Notes under the pieces: generated by a model
What the model was told of the DNA's origin: nothing
The model's input: only the letters and a program-made list of their open reading frames with translations
Databases searched by the model: none
NCBI GenBank assembly: GCA_965223325.1
Contig: CBDCWI010000002.1
Span: 3,360,001-3,424,000, forward strand
Length of the DNA: 64,000 nt
Direction: 5' to 3'
Source: Candidatus Multivoradales bacterium
GTDB taxonomy: Bacteria > Acidobacteriota > Thermoanaerobaculia > Multivoradales > Multivoraceae
Position numbers and translations under genes: made by a program
Shown: piece by piece, positions 29,247-39,953 of the stretch
Layout: each line of letters starts with the position of its first letter
Position numbering within the stretch: the first letter of the stretch is position 1

Positions 29247-29642
29247 CTAGAGCTCCTGCTCACCCTCACCCACTAGAACGTGCTCCATGTGCCGCGCCAT
29301 GCGCGACGCGCGGGAATAGATGGTGCCAGCCAGCTCCGGCGCGAAGACGTCGTCCACAGTTGCCCGAAAGAGCTCGAGCCAGCGCGCGAAGTGCTCACCG
29401 GTAAGGCCTTCTATCGCACGATGTCCTTCGATGGGGTTGGCGCGATAGCGACCGGTGCCGCGAAGTGCCGTTGACCAGAAGCGGGTGATCTTCTCGATAT
29501 GTGCCGGCCAGCGCTCGTCTGGCACGGCGGCAAGAAAGATCGGCCCGAGTTGTTCGTCGACACGTGCTCGCGCGTAGAACTCGCTGACCATGCGTTCGAT
29601 CTGCTCTTCGCACACGGCGGCGCGGAGTTCGAAGACGTCCAT
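29247..29642 (-). CDS. group III truncated hemoglobin
   Basis: VSEFYARARVDEQLGPIF...WPAHIEKITRFWS...Y.ANP..GH...HFARWLELF. Confidence 0.9.
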   Translation of the reverse strand: MDVFELRAAVCEEQIERMVSEFYARARVDEQLGPIFLAAVPDERWPAHIEKITRFWSTALRGTGRYRANPIEGHRAIEGLTGEHFARWLELFRATVDDVFAPELAGTIYSRASRMARHMEHVLVGEGEQEL

Positions 29643-29667
29643 GGCGATTGCCTGAGGGAAGCCGGCT

Positions 29668-30921
29668 TCAGGGACGAAGCGTAAAGCTCTGCAGGGTGTC
29701 CTTGTCTTTGATGATCAGCTCCTGGCCGACCAAAGCGGGGTGCGCCCAGATCTCACTCGAGGTGATGTCGTCGTAGGAAGCAACCTGGGAAACCTCTTCG
29801 CCGGTTTTGAAGACGTCGAGGCGACCCTCGCTGTAGACCACCAGGAGGTAGTCGCCTGCAGCCAGCAACCAACCTGTCTCTCCTTGGCGCCCGGGTCCCT
29901 CCCAGAGCAGATCGCCAGTGCCCGGATCAATGGCAACGAGGTGGCCCTTCTTCTGGTCAGCGAAGGCGAAGATCTTGCCCGCGATCGTAACCGCGGAGCT
30001 GTACCTGAGCCAAAAGTCGTTGCTCGACCAGCGCTCAGCGACCGACCAGTCGCCGTCTTCATGCTTGACCTCGAGTCCCAGGCTCGGCCCGTCTCCGCTC
30101 GACACCAGGATCAGGTCGCCGACTACCAGCGGCGTTTGCGACCAGGTGTCCTGCCGTACGAAGAAGGGGAACTCCCAGAGCTGTTCGCCACTCGCCAGGT
30201 CGACTCCGATCAAACGCTTGCGGGTCGGCGTCACCAGGATGCGCTCGCCCCCGAACTCGGCGACCACTCCGGAGCCATAGGACGGCCCCTCGAGTTCGAG
30301 GCGCCAGAGATCGCGGCCGTTCTCGGGGTCAAAGGCCACCAGGGCCCCGCCACTCGGGCCACCCACCGACATGATGAGCTTGCCGTCGGTTACCAGCGGC
30401 GACTGCGACGCTCCATAGAAGGGCCGCGGAAACTTGAAGTCGTCTTTGAAGTCACGGCGCCACAGCTGCTTCCCCGTCTGGGCGTCCCAGGCACTGACGT
30501 CACCCAGGATGCCCACGGTGAACAGTCGCCCGACCATGACCGCGGGAGTCGAGTAGGGACCCGCGCCATGTTCACCAACGATCTGCAACGGCTTGAACGG
30601 GTTGTTCACCCGCCCCTCCCAGAGCTTCGAACCGTCGGCCCCGTTCCAGGCCGCGGCGACTTCGTCGTCGCCGTCTCGGGTCCAGGTGTAGATCCGGTCG
30701 CCAACCACCAGTGGCGAGGCGTCGCCGCGACCGACCGTCATTTGCCATCGTGTGGTCAGTGCCACCGGCCATTCGCCGGGCGGTTCGAAGTCGCTCACCT
30801 GGCTGGTGCGATCGGCGCCCCGCCACTGCGACCACTCGTCGACGGCCACTGCCGGTGTCGCGAGGGCCAGGCTCACAGCGAGGCTTGTGGTGGCGGCTAT
30901 AGAGACATTTCGGATCGGCAT
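29668..30921 (-). CDS. secreted PQQ-like beta-propeller protein
   Basis: EWSQWRGADR, repeated G..LW motifs, IWAHPAL. Confidence 0.87.
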   Translation of the reverse strand: MPIRNVSIAATTSLAVSLALATPAVAVDEWSQWRGADRTSQVSDFEPPGEWPVALTTRWQMTVGRGDASPLVVGDRIYTWTRDGDDEVAAAWNGADGSKLWEGRVNNPFKPLQIVGEHGAGPYSTPAVMVGRLFTVGILGDVSAWDAQTGKQLWRRDFKDDFKFPRPFYGASQSPLVTDGKLIMSVGGPSGGALVAFDPENGRDLWRLELEGPSYGSGVVAEFGGERILVTPTRKRLIGVDLASGEQLWEFPFFVRQDTWSQTPLVVGDLILVSSGDGPSLGLEVKHEDGDWSVAERWSSNDFWLRYSSAVTIAGKIFAFADQKKGHLVAIDPGTGDLLWEGPGRQGETGWLLAAGDYLLVVYSEGRLDVFKTGEEVSQVASYDDITSSEIWAHPALVGQELIIKDKDTLQSFTLRP

Positions 30922-31271
30922 CGCTCTGGATTCCTCGTCGTCATGGTGCGAACGGGGCGAAACTGGCCGAGAGCATACGACCTCGGATCAGGGTCGTGGG
31001 GACCACCCCGCAGAGGCTGCCGGCTACTCCCGAGACGGCTCGTAAAGCCCTGGGGCCGCCAGAAGCAAGATCGAGAGAAAAAATTCATCGTCTTTCTGGT
31101 AAAACCCAATGGGCTCGCATTGGACTTCTCAACTCGCGATACTCTTAGGGCCGTTTCCACGTGACATGGGCCGCCCGGTGCGGTCTCACACCAGAGGGTG
31201 TACGGGTTCCGATCCGAATGGGTTGGTCGCTCCCGTGTCCCTGCGCGTAACTTCCCAACAGGAGAGTAGAC

Positions 31272-31529
31272 ATGGATCTCACCAACTTGATTTGGTTCCT
31301 TCTTATCGGCGCCGCCGCCGGCTTCATCGCTGGCCAGATCATGAAAGGCCGTGGCTTCGGTGCCATCGGCAACATCGTTGTCGGCATCGTCGGCGCGTTC
31401 ATCGGCGGCTTCCTGCTGCCGGCCGTGGGCGTCAACCTCGGCGCTGGCATCGTCGCCGCGATTGCTTCGGCTTCGATCGGCGCCATCGTTCTCTTGTTCG
31501 CCATCTCGTTCATCAAGCAGGCGACCTAG
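31272..31529 (+). CDS. GlsB/YeaQ/YmgE (transglycosylase-associated) membrane protein
   Basis: LIGAAAGFIAGQIMKGRGFGAIGNIVVGIVGAFIGG; AGGAG RBS. Confidence 0.92.
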   Translation: MDLTNLIWFLLIGAAAGFIAGQIMKGRGFGAIGNIVVGIVGAFIGGFLLPAVGVNLGAGIVAAIASASIGAIVLLFAISFIKQAT

Positions 31530-31586
31530 AGACCGTAACGGGGGCCACCTGGACCCCCTCCGCCGCTCCGGCCCTGGGCACCGAGC

Positions 31587-33278
31587 TCAGGCCGGGGCCG
31601 GCGGGCTTGCGGCTCTGCCTTCGGGGGCATGGACCGTGAGCTGAGGGAACGGAATCGCCCAGCCCTTCTCGTTGCACAGGTCGACGAGAATCCTGGGGAT
31701 CGCTCGCTCCACATCTTCGTAGCGATGCGCCGCCGCCCCGGTCAGATCGACCTGGATTTCGTAATCCAGCGACGACGAGTTGGCCTCGCGAAACTCGACT
31801 TCGACGCGTCGAACCGGCTCAGTACCGAGCAGCTCGCGCATTTCGCGCTCCAGGGCCTCCTCCATGCACCGCGGAATCTCCGTCGTGCTGATGGCCTGCA
31901 GGCCGTAGTCGAGGCCGAAGACGTGCTCGACCCGGAACCCTCGCGAGAGGTTCTTGGGGTTGCGCTCGAGAAAACCCGTCGTGCCGTAGGCCTTCTGGGC
32001 ACCGCCGAGCAACTCGACCTTGACCGTGCGCGGTGTCTGCAGGGTCACCTGGCCGATCACACCGTCGTCGAGCTCGACCCAGTCGCCCTCCTCGGTGGGA
32101 AACATCGCTTCGCCAGCACCGGCAGCCCGCGAGTGCAAGCCGATCAGCTCACCAACCGGTAGGTGCAGGCGGCCGCCGTCGAGTTGCGGGTTGCTGAGTT
32201 CGGCGCGCACCCCGATCGACTCGACCTTCCAGGCAAGTCCCTCGAAGGTCAAGACCTCGCCTTCGCGCACCGCACCCAGGTTCAGGATGAGACGGATCTC
32301 TTCGACAAAGGCCGGCAGTGCCTTGACCCCGCCCCAGGCGAGACTGGCAAGCAGAATCAGGAACAACCCGAGCAAGAACCAGTCGGCGCGCGCATTGAGT
32401 ACGACCAGGGCGGCCAGAAGACCCAGCACCACACTCGCAATGTGCAAGACCAGCGCCACCAGGCGTTCACCGAGCGACCGATGACGAGCGCCGTCGCGCA
32501 TGCGCTCATAGGCGCGACCGGCGAGCCGAACGAGCAAAAAGACCGCGAAAAACGCCAGCAGCGCGAGCACCAGGTTGAGGCCACGGTAGCGAATGAAACC
32601 CGACAAGGCGTCACCGGCGGTGCGCGTCAACGACGGACGTCGCACCTGGCGCTCTTCGAGCTGCTCGGTGAGCGCCAGGCTCTGCGCTTCGGCCGCCTCG
32701 ACTCGACTTGAGTAGAGCTTCCGAAGCCCCTCGAGCCGCGGCAGCAGTGTCTCGTCGCCGGGGTCGAGCGCGTCGATGGTCTCGCCGAGGCGAATGAGCG
32801 CCGCTCGTCCCGCTTCGATCCTCTGACGGTTGAGATCGACCTGGGTTCGCAGGCGTTCGATCTCGCGCGAGCTGGTGGTGGTGCGCTGGAGTTCTTCGAT
32901 CATCGGCCGGAACACCGCTTCGAGCTCAGCACGCAAGTCGAACTCCGCCCCGCCGGGGTCTTTCCACAGCGCGGTTTCGGCGCCTGTCGCCAGGGCCTCG
33001 AACTGATCGCCCAGCGCCTCGACTTCGCTGACGAGCGCGACGGCTTCTTCACCCGCTTCACCGCCGGCCGCAAGAGCAGCGGCAGCTTCGAGATCCTGCT
33101 GGCGACTGTCGAAAGACGCTTGGAGGGCGCGCAGGGCCTCGACCCGCTCTCGAACAGCGCCGGCGGGCGCCTCCTCGGTAGGCGGTTGGGCGATCGCCGT
33201 CGCCGCCGTCGCAGCGACCAGGAGGATGAATGGAAACAACGGGCGCTTCAACAACGGGCTCTTCGCTCGGCCCTGCAT
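31587..33278 (-). CDS. MscS-family mechanosensitive channel with periplasmic coiled-coil N-terminus
   Basis: Signal peptide, coiled coil, three TMs, GAVREGE beta domain, ANSSSLDY, terminal IPFPQLTVH. Start uncertain (33278 or 33311). Confidence 0.8.
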   Translation of the reverse strand: MQGRAKSPLLKRPLFPFILLVAATAATAIAQPPTEEAPAGAVRERVEALRALQASFDSRQQDLEAAAALAAGGEAGEEAVALVSEVEALGDQFEALATGAETALWKDPGGAEFDLRAELEAVFRPMIEELQRTTTSSREIERLRTQVDLNRQRIEAGRAALIRLGETIDALDPGDETLLPRLEGLRKLYSSRVEAAEAQSLALTEQLEERQVRRPSLTRTAGDALSGFIRYRGLNLVLALLAFFAVFLLVRLAGRAYERMRDGARHRSLGERLVALVLHIASVVLGLLAALVVLNARADWFLLGLFLILLASLAWGGVKALPAFVEEIRLILNLGAVREGEVLTFEGLAWKVESIGVRAELSNPQLDGGRLHLPVGELIGLHSRAAGAGEAMFPTEEGDWVELDDGVIGQVTLQTPRTVKVELLGGAQKAYGTTGFLERNPKNLSRGFRVEHVFGLDYGLQAISTTEIPRCMEEALEREMRELLGTEPVRRVEVEFREANSSSLDYEIQVDLTGAAAHRYEDVERAIPRILVDLCNEKGWAIPFPQLTVHAPEGRAASPPAPA

Positions 33279-33407
33279 TGACGGTCTCCTTGGAGCAGAA
33301 AGAAGGACCATGGCAGATTGTCACGACTGGCCTCCCCGCCGCAGCCTCACGGTACGATGCTCGGTGGATTCCACCATCACAAGAGGAACCGAGGGGGCAC
33401 TCACCCA

Positions 33408-34358
33408 ATGCAGGGCTACATCTTGCGGCGCCTGATCGCACTGGTGCCGACCCTCTTCTTTGTCAGCATCATCGTCTTTGCGTCGATCCGGATGATTCCC
33501 GGCGACATCATCGACCTGATGCTGGCGCAGAACGATATTGCGACCGGCCAGGACCGGGCGCGGGTCGAAGCGGCATTGGGTCTCGACCAGCCGCTGATGG
33601 TGCAGTACTTCACCTGGCTCGGCGATGTCCTCCGTGGCGACCTCGGCCGCTCGCTGTGGGCCAGTACTTCGGTAACGGGCCAGATCCTGGGGCGCCTGCC
33701 GATCTCGATCGAGCTCGGCATCCTTTCACTCGTGATCGCGCTCACCGTGGCGATTCCGATAGGCGTGTACTCCGCCATCCGCCAGGACACGATGGGTGAC
33801 TACATAACGCGCTCGTTCTCGCTTCTCATGCTTGCCCTACCCGGGTTCTGGCTCGGCACGCTGGTGATGGTTTTTCCTTCGGTGTGGTGGCGCTGGGCGC
33901 CAGCCCTCGACTACACGCCCTTCTTCGAGAACCCGATCAAGAACCTCGAGCACATGCTGGTGCCGGCGATCCTGCTCGGTCTGGCGATGTCGGCGGTCAC
34001 CATGCGGCTGGTGCGCACCATGATGCTCGAAGTCCTGCGCCAGGACTACGTGCGTACGGCGCGCGCCAAGGGGCTACGCGAGGGTGTGGTGGTGCTCCGC
34101 CACGCGCTGCGCAACGGGCTCATTCCAGTGGTCACCCTGGTTGGGTTGCAGGCGCCGATTCTGGTCGGTGGAGCGGTGATCATGGAACAGATTTTCGTCA
34201 TTCCCGGAATGGGCATGCTGCTCCTCGAGGCGGTATCGAGGCGCGACTACCCGGTGGTCACCGGAGTCTTTCTGGTGGTCGGAGTGGGCGTTCTCCTGAT
34301 CAACCTGTTGGTTGACCTCTCCTACGGTTTTCTCGATCCGCGGGTGAGGCAAACGTGA
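33408..34358 (+). CDS. peptide/nickel ABC transporter permease (DppB-like)
   Basis: YILRRL, GDLGRS, QDYVRTARAKGL, RHALRN, RDYPV. Confidence 0.93.
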   Translation: MQGYILRRLIALVPTLFFVSIIVFASIRMIPGDIIDLMLAQNDIATGQDRARVEAALGLDQPLMVQYFTWLGDVLRGDLGRSLWASTSVTGQILGRLPISIELGILSLVIALTVAIPIGVYSAIRQDTMGDYITRSFSLLMLALPGFWLGTLVMVFPSVWWRWAPALDYTPFFENPIKNLEHMLVPAILLGLAMSAVTMRLVRTMMLEVLRQDYVRTARAKGLREGVVVLRHALRNGLIPVVTLVGLQAPILVGGAVIMEQIFVIPGMGMLLLEAVSRRDYPVVTGVFLVVGVGVLLINLLVDLSYGFLDPRVRQT

Positions 34359-35257
34359 CGACGCCTGCTTTCCTGGAACCTCGGCCCTCGAACGATGTCG
34401 CCGTGCCAACTCGCCGGCGGGCGTCCTTCATCGAGCGTCTGTTTCGCGAGAAACCCCTTGGCGCGGCTGGCGGGGCGCTCTTTGCCCTGTTCTTGTTCGC
34501 CGGCATCTTCGCCCACTGGCTGGCGCCCTATGGCATCAACGAAACCAGCCTCGCCCATCGCATTGAACCGCCATCACTCCAGTTCCCGCTCGGCACCGAC
34601 CACCTCGGCCGCGACCTGCTGTCGCGGGTGCTCGTCGGAGCGCAGCTGTCGATGATCGTCGGTTTCGCCGGCGCCGCCATCTCGACGGCGATCTCTCTCC
34701 TGCTCGGCATGCTCTCCGGATACTTCGGCGGCCGTACCGACATGATCATCCAACGCTTCGTCGACGCTTGGATGACCTTCCCGGGACTCGTTCTGTTGAT
34801 TGTCGTGCTCTCGATCACCGGCCCGGGCATGACGCAGATCATCGTCATCCTCGGCTTGCTCTACGGCATCGCCGGGTCGCGCGTCATCCGCGGCTCGGTA
34901 GCCGGTGTGCGCGAGGAGATGTACGCCCACGCCGCGAGGTCGATCGGCGCCGGCTCGTCCTACATTCTGCGGCGCCACATCCTGCCGAACGTCATGCCGG
35001 TGGCGATCGTGCTGTTCACCACCCGGGTGGGCGCGGTGATTCTGGCCGAGGCCGGGCTGTCGTTTCTTGGCCTCGGCATTCCACCGCCAGCCCCGACCTG
35101 GGGCAGCATGCTGACCGGCGCCGCCCGTACCTACATGTACCTCGGGCCGTGGCTGGCGCTCGTTCCCGGTCTATGCCTGACGATCGTCGTGTACTCGATC
35201 AACGTCTTCGGAGACGCACTGCGCGATCTGCTCGATCCGCGCATGCGGGGTCGCTAA
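34355..35257 (+). CDS. peptide/nickel ABC transporter permease (DppC-like)
   Basis: LGTDHLGRD, RHILPN, EAGLSFLGLG, GDALRDLLDPR. Confidence 0.93.
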   Translation: MTTPAFLEPRPSNDVAVPTRRRASFIERLFREKPLGAAGGALFALFLFAGIFAHWLAPYGINETSLAHRIEPPSLQFPLGTDHLGRDLLSRVLVGAQLSMIVGFAGAAISTAISLLLGMLSGYFGGRTDMIIQRFVDAWMTFPGLVLLIVVLSITGPGMTQIIVILGLLYGIAGSRVIRGSVAGVREEMYAHAARSIGAGSSYILRRHILPNVMPVAIVLFTTRVGAVILAEAGLSFLGLGIPPPAPTWGSMLTGAARTYMYLGPWLALVPGLCLTIVVYSINVFGDALRDLLDPRMRGR

Positions 35258-37009
35258 GTGAGAGCGTCCTGGCGCGCGAGCTTTGTGGCCACTGCCCTCG
35301 CGGCGGCAGTCGTTCTTGCCACGGCCGGCTGCTCTCACCCGGTAGAGGGCAACAGCGATCGCACCTGGGTCGAGAACTACGGTCTCGACGAGACGCCGCA
35401 GTACGGCGGCACCTTCCGAGTCGGCACGGTGTACTACACGCTCTCGGCGCTTTCCTGGGACCCGGAGGACTGGGCGTGGAAGATCAACCACGACGCCGGC
35501 TCGGTGCAGGAGCAACTGTTCGCCGCCGATCTCGACATGAGCCAACGCAAGGGCGGCCCCTATCCTTTTCGAGCCGACGCCTGGATTCCTGACGACGCCC
35601 TGCGCGGTGAACTCGCCGAGAGCTGGGAGTGGGAAGGCCCGCTCACGCTCACCGTCCACCTGCGCCGGGGGGTCCTGTTCCCGGCCAAACCCGGGGTATT
35701 GGAAGAGCGCGAACTCACTGCCCACGACGTGGTCTACAGCTTCGAAACCTTCGAGCAGAGCCCGAAGCGCATCGCGACATACTTCGAACACATCGACCGG
35801 GTCTACGCGCGCAACGACCACACAGTCGTCTTCGAGTTCAACCAGTTCAACGCCGAATGGGCCTACCGCTTCGGCTATGGCTACTACTCGGCCATCGCAC
35901 CGGTCGAAATGACCGCGGTCGACGCCAAGAACTGGCGCAATGTCACCGGGACCGGTCCACTCCTGCTTTCAGAGTACGTCGAAGGGCACTCCCACACCTA
36001 CGAGCGCAATCCGCTCTACTGGGACACCGAAACGCTCCTTGGCCAGGAATGGAAGTTGCCCTTCATCGACCAGCTCGAGTACCGCATCATCAAAGACGAG
36101 GCCACCATGTTGACGGCACTCCGCACCGCAAAGCTCGACGCCTGGGAAGCGATTCGGTGGATGGCGGTCGACCACCTGAAGAAGACCACCCCGGAGCTGC
36201 AGTGGACTCGGTGGCTGTCGTTCGCCGGCCCGTTCATTTCTCTGCGCATGGATATGGAGCCCTTCGATGATCTGCGGGTACGGCGAGCCCTCAACATGGC
36301 GGTCGACAAGCAGGAGATCGTCGATCTGTTCTTTGGCGGCAACGCCGAACTCTTCGCCTACCCACAGCACCCCGACTACGAAGGCTTCTACGAGCCGCTC
36401 GAAGACATGCCGGCTTCGGTACAGGAGCTCTATACCTACAACCCGGACAAGGCCAAACAGCTGCTCGCCGAAGCCGGCTACCCAGAAGGATTCGAGTTCG
36501 AAATCCAGGTCTGCTCGTGTGACCCCGAGAATATGGATCTCCTGCCGCTGATCGTCGACCACCTGGCGCGGGTCGGGGTGCGTGCAACCGTCCAGCCGAA
36601 CGAGTATGCCTCGCATCTCTCGCTCATGACCACGAGCAATCACGGCCCGGGGTACATGACAAACAGCGGTCACGTCAGCCCGATCTCGACCCTGCGCAAG
36701 ACCTTCATGACCGGCCAGCTTTGGAACATCTCGAAGTTCTCAGATCCCGAGTTCGATGTGCGGCTCGAAGAACTGATCCACTCGCGCGACCCAGAGCGGC
36801 GGCGCGAGCTGGTCAAGAAACTGACCCGCGAGGGCGTTGACCGGGCGCCCTACATCTGGCTGCCGGTTCGCTACCTGCACACCGCCTGGTGGCCGTGGGT
36901 CAAGAACTACAACGGTGAACTCCGCGCCGGTGCGGTCCGCCCGGGACCGATCTACGCTCGGCTTTGGATCGACCAGGAAATGAAGCGCGAGATGGGCTTT
37001 GATGACTGA
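35258..37009 (+). CDS. ABC transporter substrate-binding lipoprotein, family 5
   Basis: Lipobox TAGC; GELAESWEW, LRRGV.F, GTGP, PFDDLRVRRAL, AKQLLAEAG. Confidence 0.92.
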   Translation: MRASWRASFVATALAAAVVLATAGCSHPVEGNSDRTWVENYGLDETPQYGGTFRVGTVYYTLSALSWDPEDWAWKINHDAGSVQEQLFAADLDMSQRKGGPYPFRADAWIPDDALRGELAESWEWEGPLTLTVHLRRGVLFPAKPGVLEERELTAHDVVYSFETFEQSPKRIATYFEHIDRVYARNDHTVVFEFNQFNAEWAYRFGYGYYSAIAPVEMTAVDAKNWRNVTGTGPLLLSEYVEGHSHTYERNPLYWDTETLLGQEWKLPFIDQLEYRIIKDEATMLTALRTAKLDAWEAIRWMAVDHLKKTTPELQWTRWLSFAGPFISLRMDMEPFDDLRVRRALNMAVDKQEIVDLFFGGNAELFAYPQHPDYEGFYEPLEDMPASVQELYTYNPDKAKQLLAEAGYPEGFEFEIQVCSCDPENMDLLPLIVDHLARVGVRATVQPNEYASHLSLMTTSNHGPGYMTNSGHVSPISTLRKTFMTGQLWNISKFSDPEFDVRLEELIHSRDPERRRELVKKLTREGVDRAPYIWLPVRYLHTAWWPWVKNYNGELRAGAVRPGPIYARLWIDQEMKREMGFDD

Positions 37010-37982
37010 GCAGAGAACAGCTCCCCTGCCACTTCTCTCGGTGCGCGATCTGGCCGTCGTGTTTTCGGGGCAGCGCGGCGCGGTACGCGCGGTGGACTCG
37101 GTCTCGTTCGAGCTCGAGGCCGGAGAAACCCTCGCCATCGTCGGCGAGAGCGGCTCGGGCAAGAGCGTCACGGCACTCTCGCTTCTCCAGCTGGTACCCG
37201 ATCCTGGGCGCATCGAAAGCGGCGCCATCGAGTTCAACGGGCGAGATCTCCAGAGCCTCCCCGAGCGTGAACTCCGCAAGCTGCGAGGCAATCGCATTGC
37301 GATGATCTTCCAAGAGCCGATGTCGTCGCTCAACCCCGTCATGACCATCGGCGCCCAGGTCGCCGAACCGATTCGCGTACACCGCGGGGTCTCACGAAAG
37401 GAGGCGCTCGCACGCGCCGGTGAGCTGCTCGAAAGGGTGGCCATTCCTGACGCGCGAGAAAGGCTCGGCTCCTACCCTCATGAGTTCTCGGGGGGCATGC
37501 GACAGCGCGTCATGATCGCCATGGCGCTCGCCTGCGAACCCGAGTTGATCGTTGCCGACGAGCCGACAACGGCCCTCGACGTCACGGTCCAGGCACAGAT
37601 TCTTGCGCTCCTCAAGGGTCTGACCCGTGAAACCGGAGCGGCGCTCATTCTCATCACCCATGACCTGGGTGTCGTCGCGCGCTACGCCGACCGGGTGGCG
37701 GTCATGTACGGCGGGCGGATCGTGGAGACGGCCAGCGCCCAAGATCTCTACGCCTCGCCTCGCCACCCCTACACCCTCGGCCTGATGGCCTCCGTGCCAA
37801 GGCTCGACGACAGTGGGGGCCGGCGCCTGGTCCCCATTCCAGGGCAGCCACCCGACCTCGCGCAACTCCCCCGAGGTTGCGCCTTCGCACCACGCTGCAC
37901 CTTCAAGACCGAGCGCTGCGTCGCGGAGCTGCCAGCCCTCGAGGGCAACGAACACCAGAAAGCGTGCTTCGTCGATGTCTGA
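36999..37982 (+). CDS. peptide ABC transporter ATP-binding protein (DppD-like)
   Basis: [25 protein letters not shown]-terminal GCAFAPRC. Confidence 0.95.
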   Translation: MMTEQRTAPLPLLSVRDLAVVFSGQRGAVRAVDSVSFELEAGETLAIVGESGSGKSVTALSLLQLVPDPGRIESGAIEFNGRDLQSLPERELRKLRGNRIAMIFQEPMSSLNPVMTIGAQVAEPIRVHRGVSRKEALARAGELLERVAIPDARERLGSYPHEFSGGMRQRVMIAMALACEPELIVADEPTTALDVTVQAQILALLKGLTRETGAALILITHDLGVVARYADRVAVMYGGRIVETASAQDLYASPRHPYTLGLMASVPRLDDSGGRRLVPIPGQPPDLAQLPRGCAFAPRCTFKTERCVAELPALEGNEHQKACFVDV

Positions 37983-39018
37983 TAGCGCTCCTGAGGCGGT
38001 GCACACCGCGCCGGATGCCAACGCCGAAGTCCTGCTCGAGGTCGCCGATCTCTCGGTGCACTTTCCGATCATGGAAGGAACCCTGTGGAAGCGGCAGACG
38101 GGCTCGGTGAAAGCCGTCGACGGGGTCTCGTTCACCATTCGCCGCGGCGAGACTCTGGGACTGGTGGGCGAGAGCGGCTGTGGAAAGTCCACCACCGCGC
38201 TTGCGGTCTTGCGCATGCTCGAACCCACCGCCGGGCGCATCGTCTTTGACGGCCTCGACATCACCCATCACAGCACCCGGCAGATGCGCCCTCTCCGGCG
38301 GCGCCTTCAGATGGTTTACCAGGACCCCTTCGGCTCGCTCGACCCGCGCATGAAAGTACGCGACATCGTGGGCGAACCGCTGGTCGTACACGGCCTCGCC
38401 GGCGACAAGAAGCGCTACCGAGAGCGCGTCGCTGAGCTTCTCGACCTCGTCGGTCTCCTGCCCGACATGGCAGGTCGCTATCCACACGAATTCTCGGGCG
38501 GTCAGCGTCAACGCATCGGGATTGCGCGCGCGCTCGCTCTCGAACCCGACCTGATCATCTGCGACGAACCAGTTTCTGCTCTCGACGTGTCGATCCAGGC
38601 GCAGGTGGTCAACCTGTTCATGGACCTACAGGAGAGGCTGGGGCTCACCTACCTCTTCATCGCCCACGATCTCTCGGTCGTGCGTCACATCAGCGATCGC
38701 ATCGCAGTCATGTACCTCGGCGAGGTTGTCGAGATCGCAACCCGCAACGAACTCTTCGATGACCCCAAGCACCCCTACACCGAGGCTCTCCTCGGCGCGG
38801 TTCCGGTACCTGATCCGGCGGTCGAAAGGGCTCGGCCGCAACAGGTCCTGCAGGGTGAAGTTCCGAGCGTGCAGGCGCCACCGGCAGGCTGTCGCTTCCA
38901 CCCGCGCTGTCCCCGGGCCCTCGGCGAATGCTCACAACACCCACCGACCCTTCTGCCGCTCGCCGGCGGGCGTGCCGTCGCCTGCCACCTCTGGAAGGAG
39001 CAAGAGGAGCCCTCATGA
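37975..39018 (+). CDS. peptide ABC transporter ATP-binding protein (DppF-like)
   Basis: [32 protein letters not shown]. Start MSDSAPE. Confidence 0.95.
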   Translation: MSDSAPEAVHTAPDANAEVLLEVADLSVHFPIMEGTLWKRQTGSVKAVDGVSFTIRRGETLGLVGESGCGKSTTALAVLRMLEPTAGRIVFDGLDITHHSTRQMRPLRRRLQMVYQDPFGSLDPRMKVRDIVGEPLVVHGLAGDKKRYRERVAELLDLVGLLPDMAGRYPHEFSGGQRQRIGIARALALEPDLIICDEPVSALDVSIQAQVVNLFMDLQERLGLTYLFIAHDLSVVRHISDRIAVMYLGEVVEIATRNELFDDPKHPYTEALLGAVPVPDPAVERARPQQVLQGEVPSVQAPPAGCRFHPRCPRALGECSQHPPTLLPLAGGRAVACHLWKEQEEPS

Positions 39019-39317
39019 TCGTTGTCCTCGGGAGCGTGGTCGTGCAAGAGGAGGGCTTCGATGAGGCGGTCCGGCTGAGTATCGAACACTGTCGGCGTTC
39101 GCGTGCCGAACCCGGCTGCCTCACACACCATGTTCACCGCGACGCGGAGAATTCGCTGCGCCTGGTGTTCGTTGAGCGTTGGGCTGACGAAGAGGCGCTG
39201 CGAAGGCACTTCGCCGTGCCCGCCTCCACCGAGTTCGTTCGCCTGATCAGCGACCTGGCAACCACGCAGCCCGAGATCGAGATCTTCGAGGCGAGCGCAG
39301 CTTCTTTCGACTCATGA
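39015..39317 (+). CDS. ABM (antibiotic biosynthesis monooxygenase / putative quinol monooxygenase) family protein
   Basis: SRAEPGCL..., [15 protein letters not shown]; ATGA overlap with the upstream gene. Confidence 0.88.
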   Translation: MIVVLGSVVVQEEGFDEAVRLSIEHCRRSRAEPGCLTHHVHRDAENSLRLVFVERWADEEALRRHFAVPASTEFVRLISDLATTQPEIEIFEASAASFDS

Positions 39318-39913
39318 GAACCAACACCAGGCCCGCTCCCGTCTGGCTGGCGATGACCCTTGGACTCGCGGTACTTCAAACCACCGTCGCCGCCCCACAA
39401 GAAGGCGCCGAGCCAACCCGCTTCATCATTCCGTTGATCGACGACGACGCCGAGACCACCTGGCGCAAGTTGGCCTGGCACGACTTTCGGCGGGACCTCA
39501 GTAGTTGGCGGCGCGAAGCGGCAGGCATCGCCTCCCAGGTCGCAGTTCGCGGCATGCGCCTGCGCAGTCGACCGACGAGCGACGAGTCCGGGTTCGTCGC
39601 CTCGATCGAGGCCATCGAAGTCTTCGCGATCATGAGCAAGCTCGAATCGGGCTACAAACCTGGAGGTCGCAGCCCGGCGATTCTGGCGCACGAGCAACTG
39701 CACTTCGATCTCACCGAGGTGTGCGCCCGTCGGCTGCGCAAGAAGCTCGTCGAGCTCGAAGGCCGTGGCTCGAGCCAGCAGACCGCCACACGCAATCTAC
39801 GAAGCGCCATCGAAGCCCTTCACGGCGAGGCGGTCACCAACTGCAGCGCACTGCAGGCGCTATACGACGAAGAGACCCGTCACGGCCTCAACCGGCGCCA
39901 ACAGAAGAGGTGA
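39314..39913 (+). CDS. secreted DUF922-like zinc-protease-family protein (probable 1-bp frameshift near end; natural end likely 39969)
   Basis: KLAWHDF, LAHEQLHFD (HExxH), YDEETRHG. Confidence 0.75.
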   Translation: MRTNTRPAPVWLAMTLGLAVLQTTVAAPQEGAEPTRFIIPLIDDDAETTWRKLAWHDFRRDLSSWRREAAGIASQVAVRGMRLRSRPTSDESGFVASIEAIEVFAIMSKLESGYKPGGRSPAILAHEQLHFDLTEVCARRLRKKLVELEGRGSSQQTATRNLRSAIEALHGEAVTNCSALQALYDEETRHGLNRRQQKR

Positions 39914-39953
39914 GCCGGCAGATCGGAGAGTGGCTTGCGGCCACCGAAGGCGG

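Noticed and set aside
30990-31270. Riboswitch upstream of the GlsB/YeaQ gene
   Set aside because: Only a short hairpin (CCAATG/CATTGG) was seen, with no convincing match to a known aptamer.
39911-39913. TGA recoding (Sec/Trp readthrough)
   Set aside because: The plausible continuation is in a different frame, and TGA serves as a normal stop elsewhere in the window.
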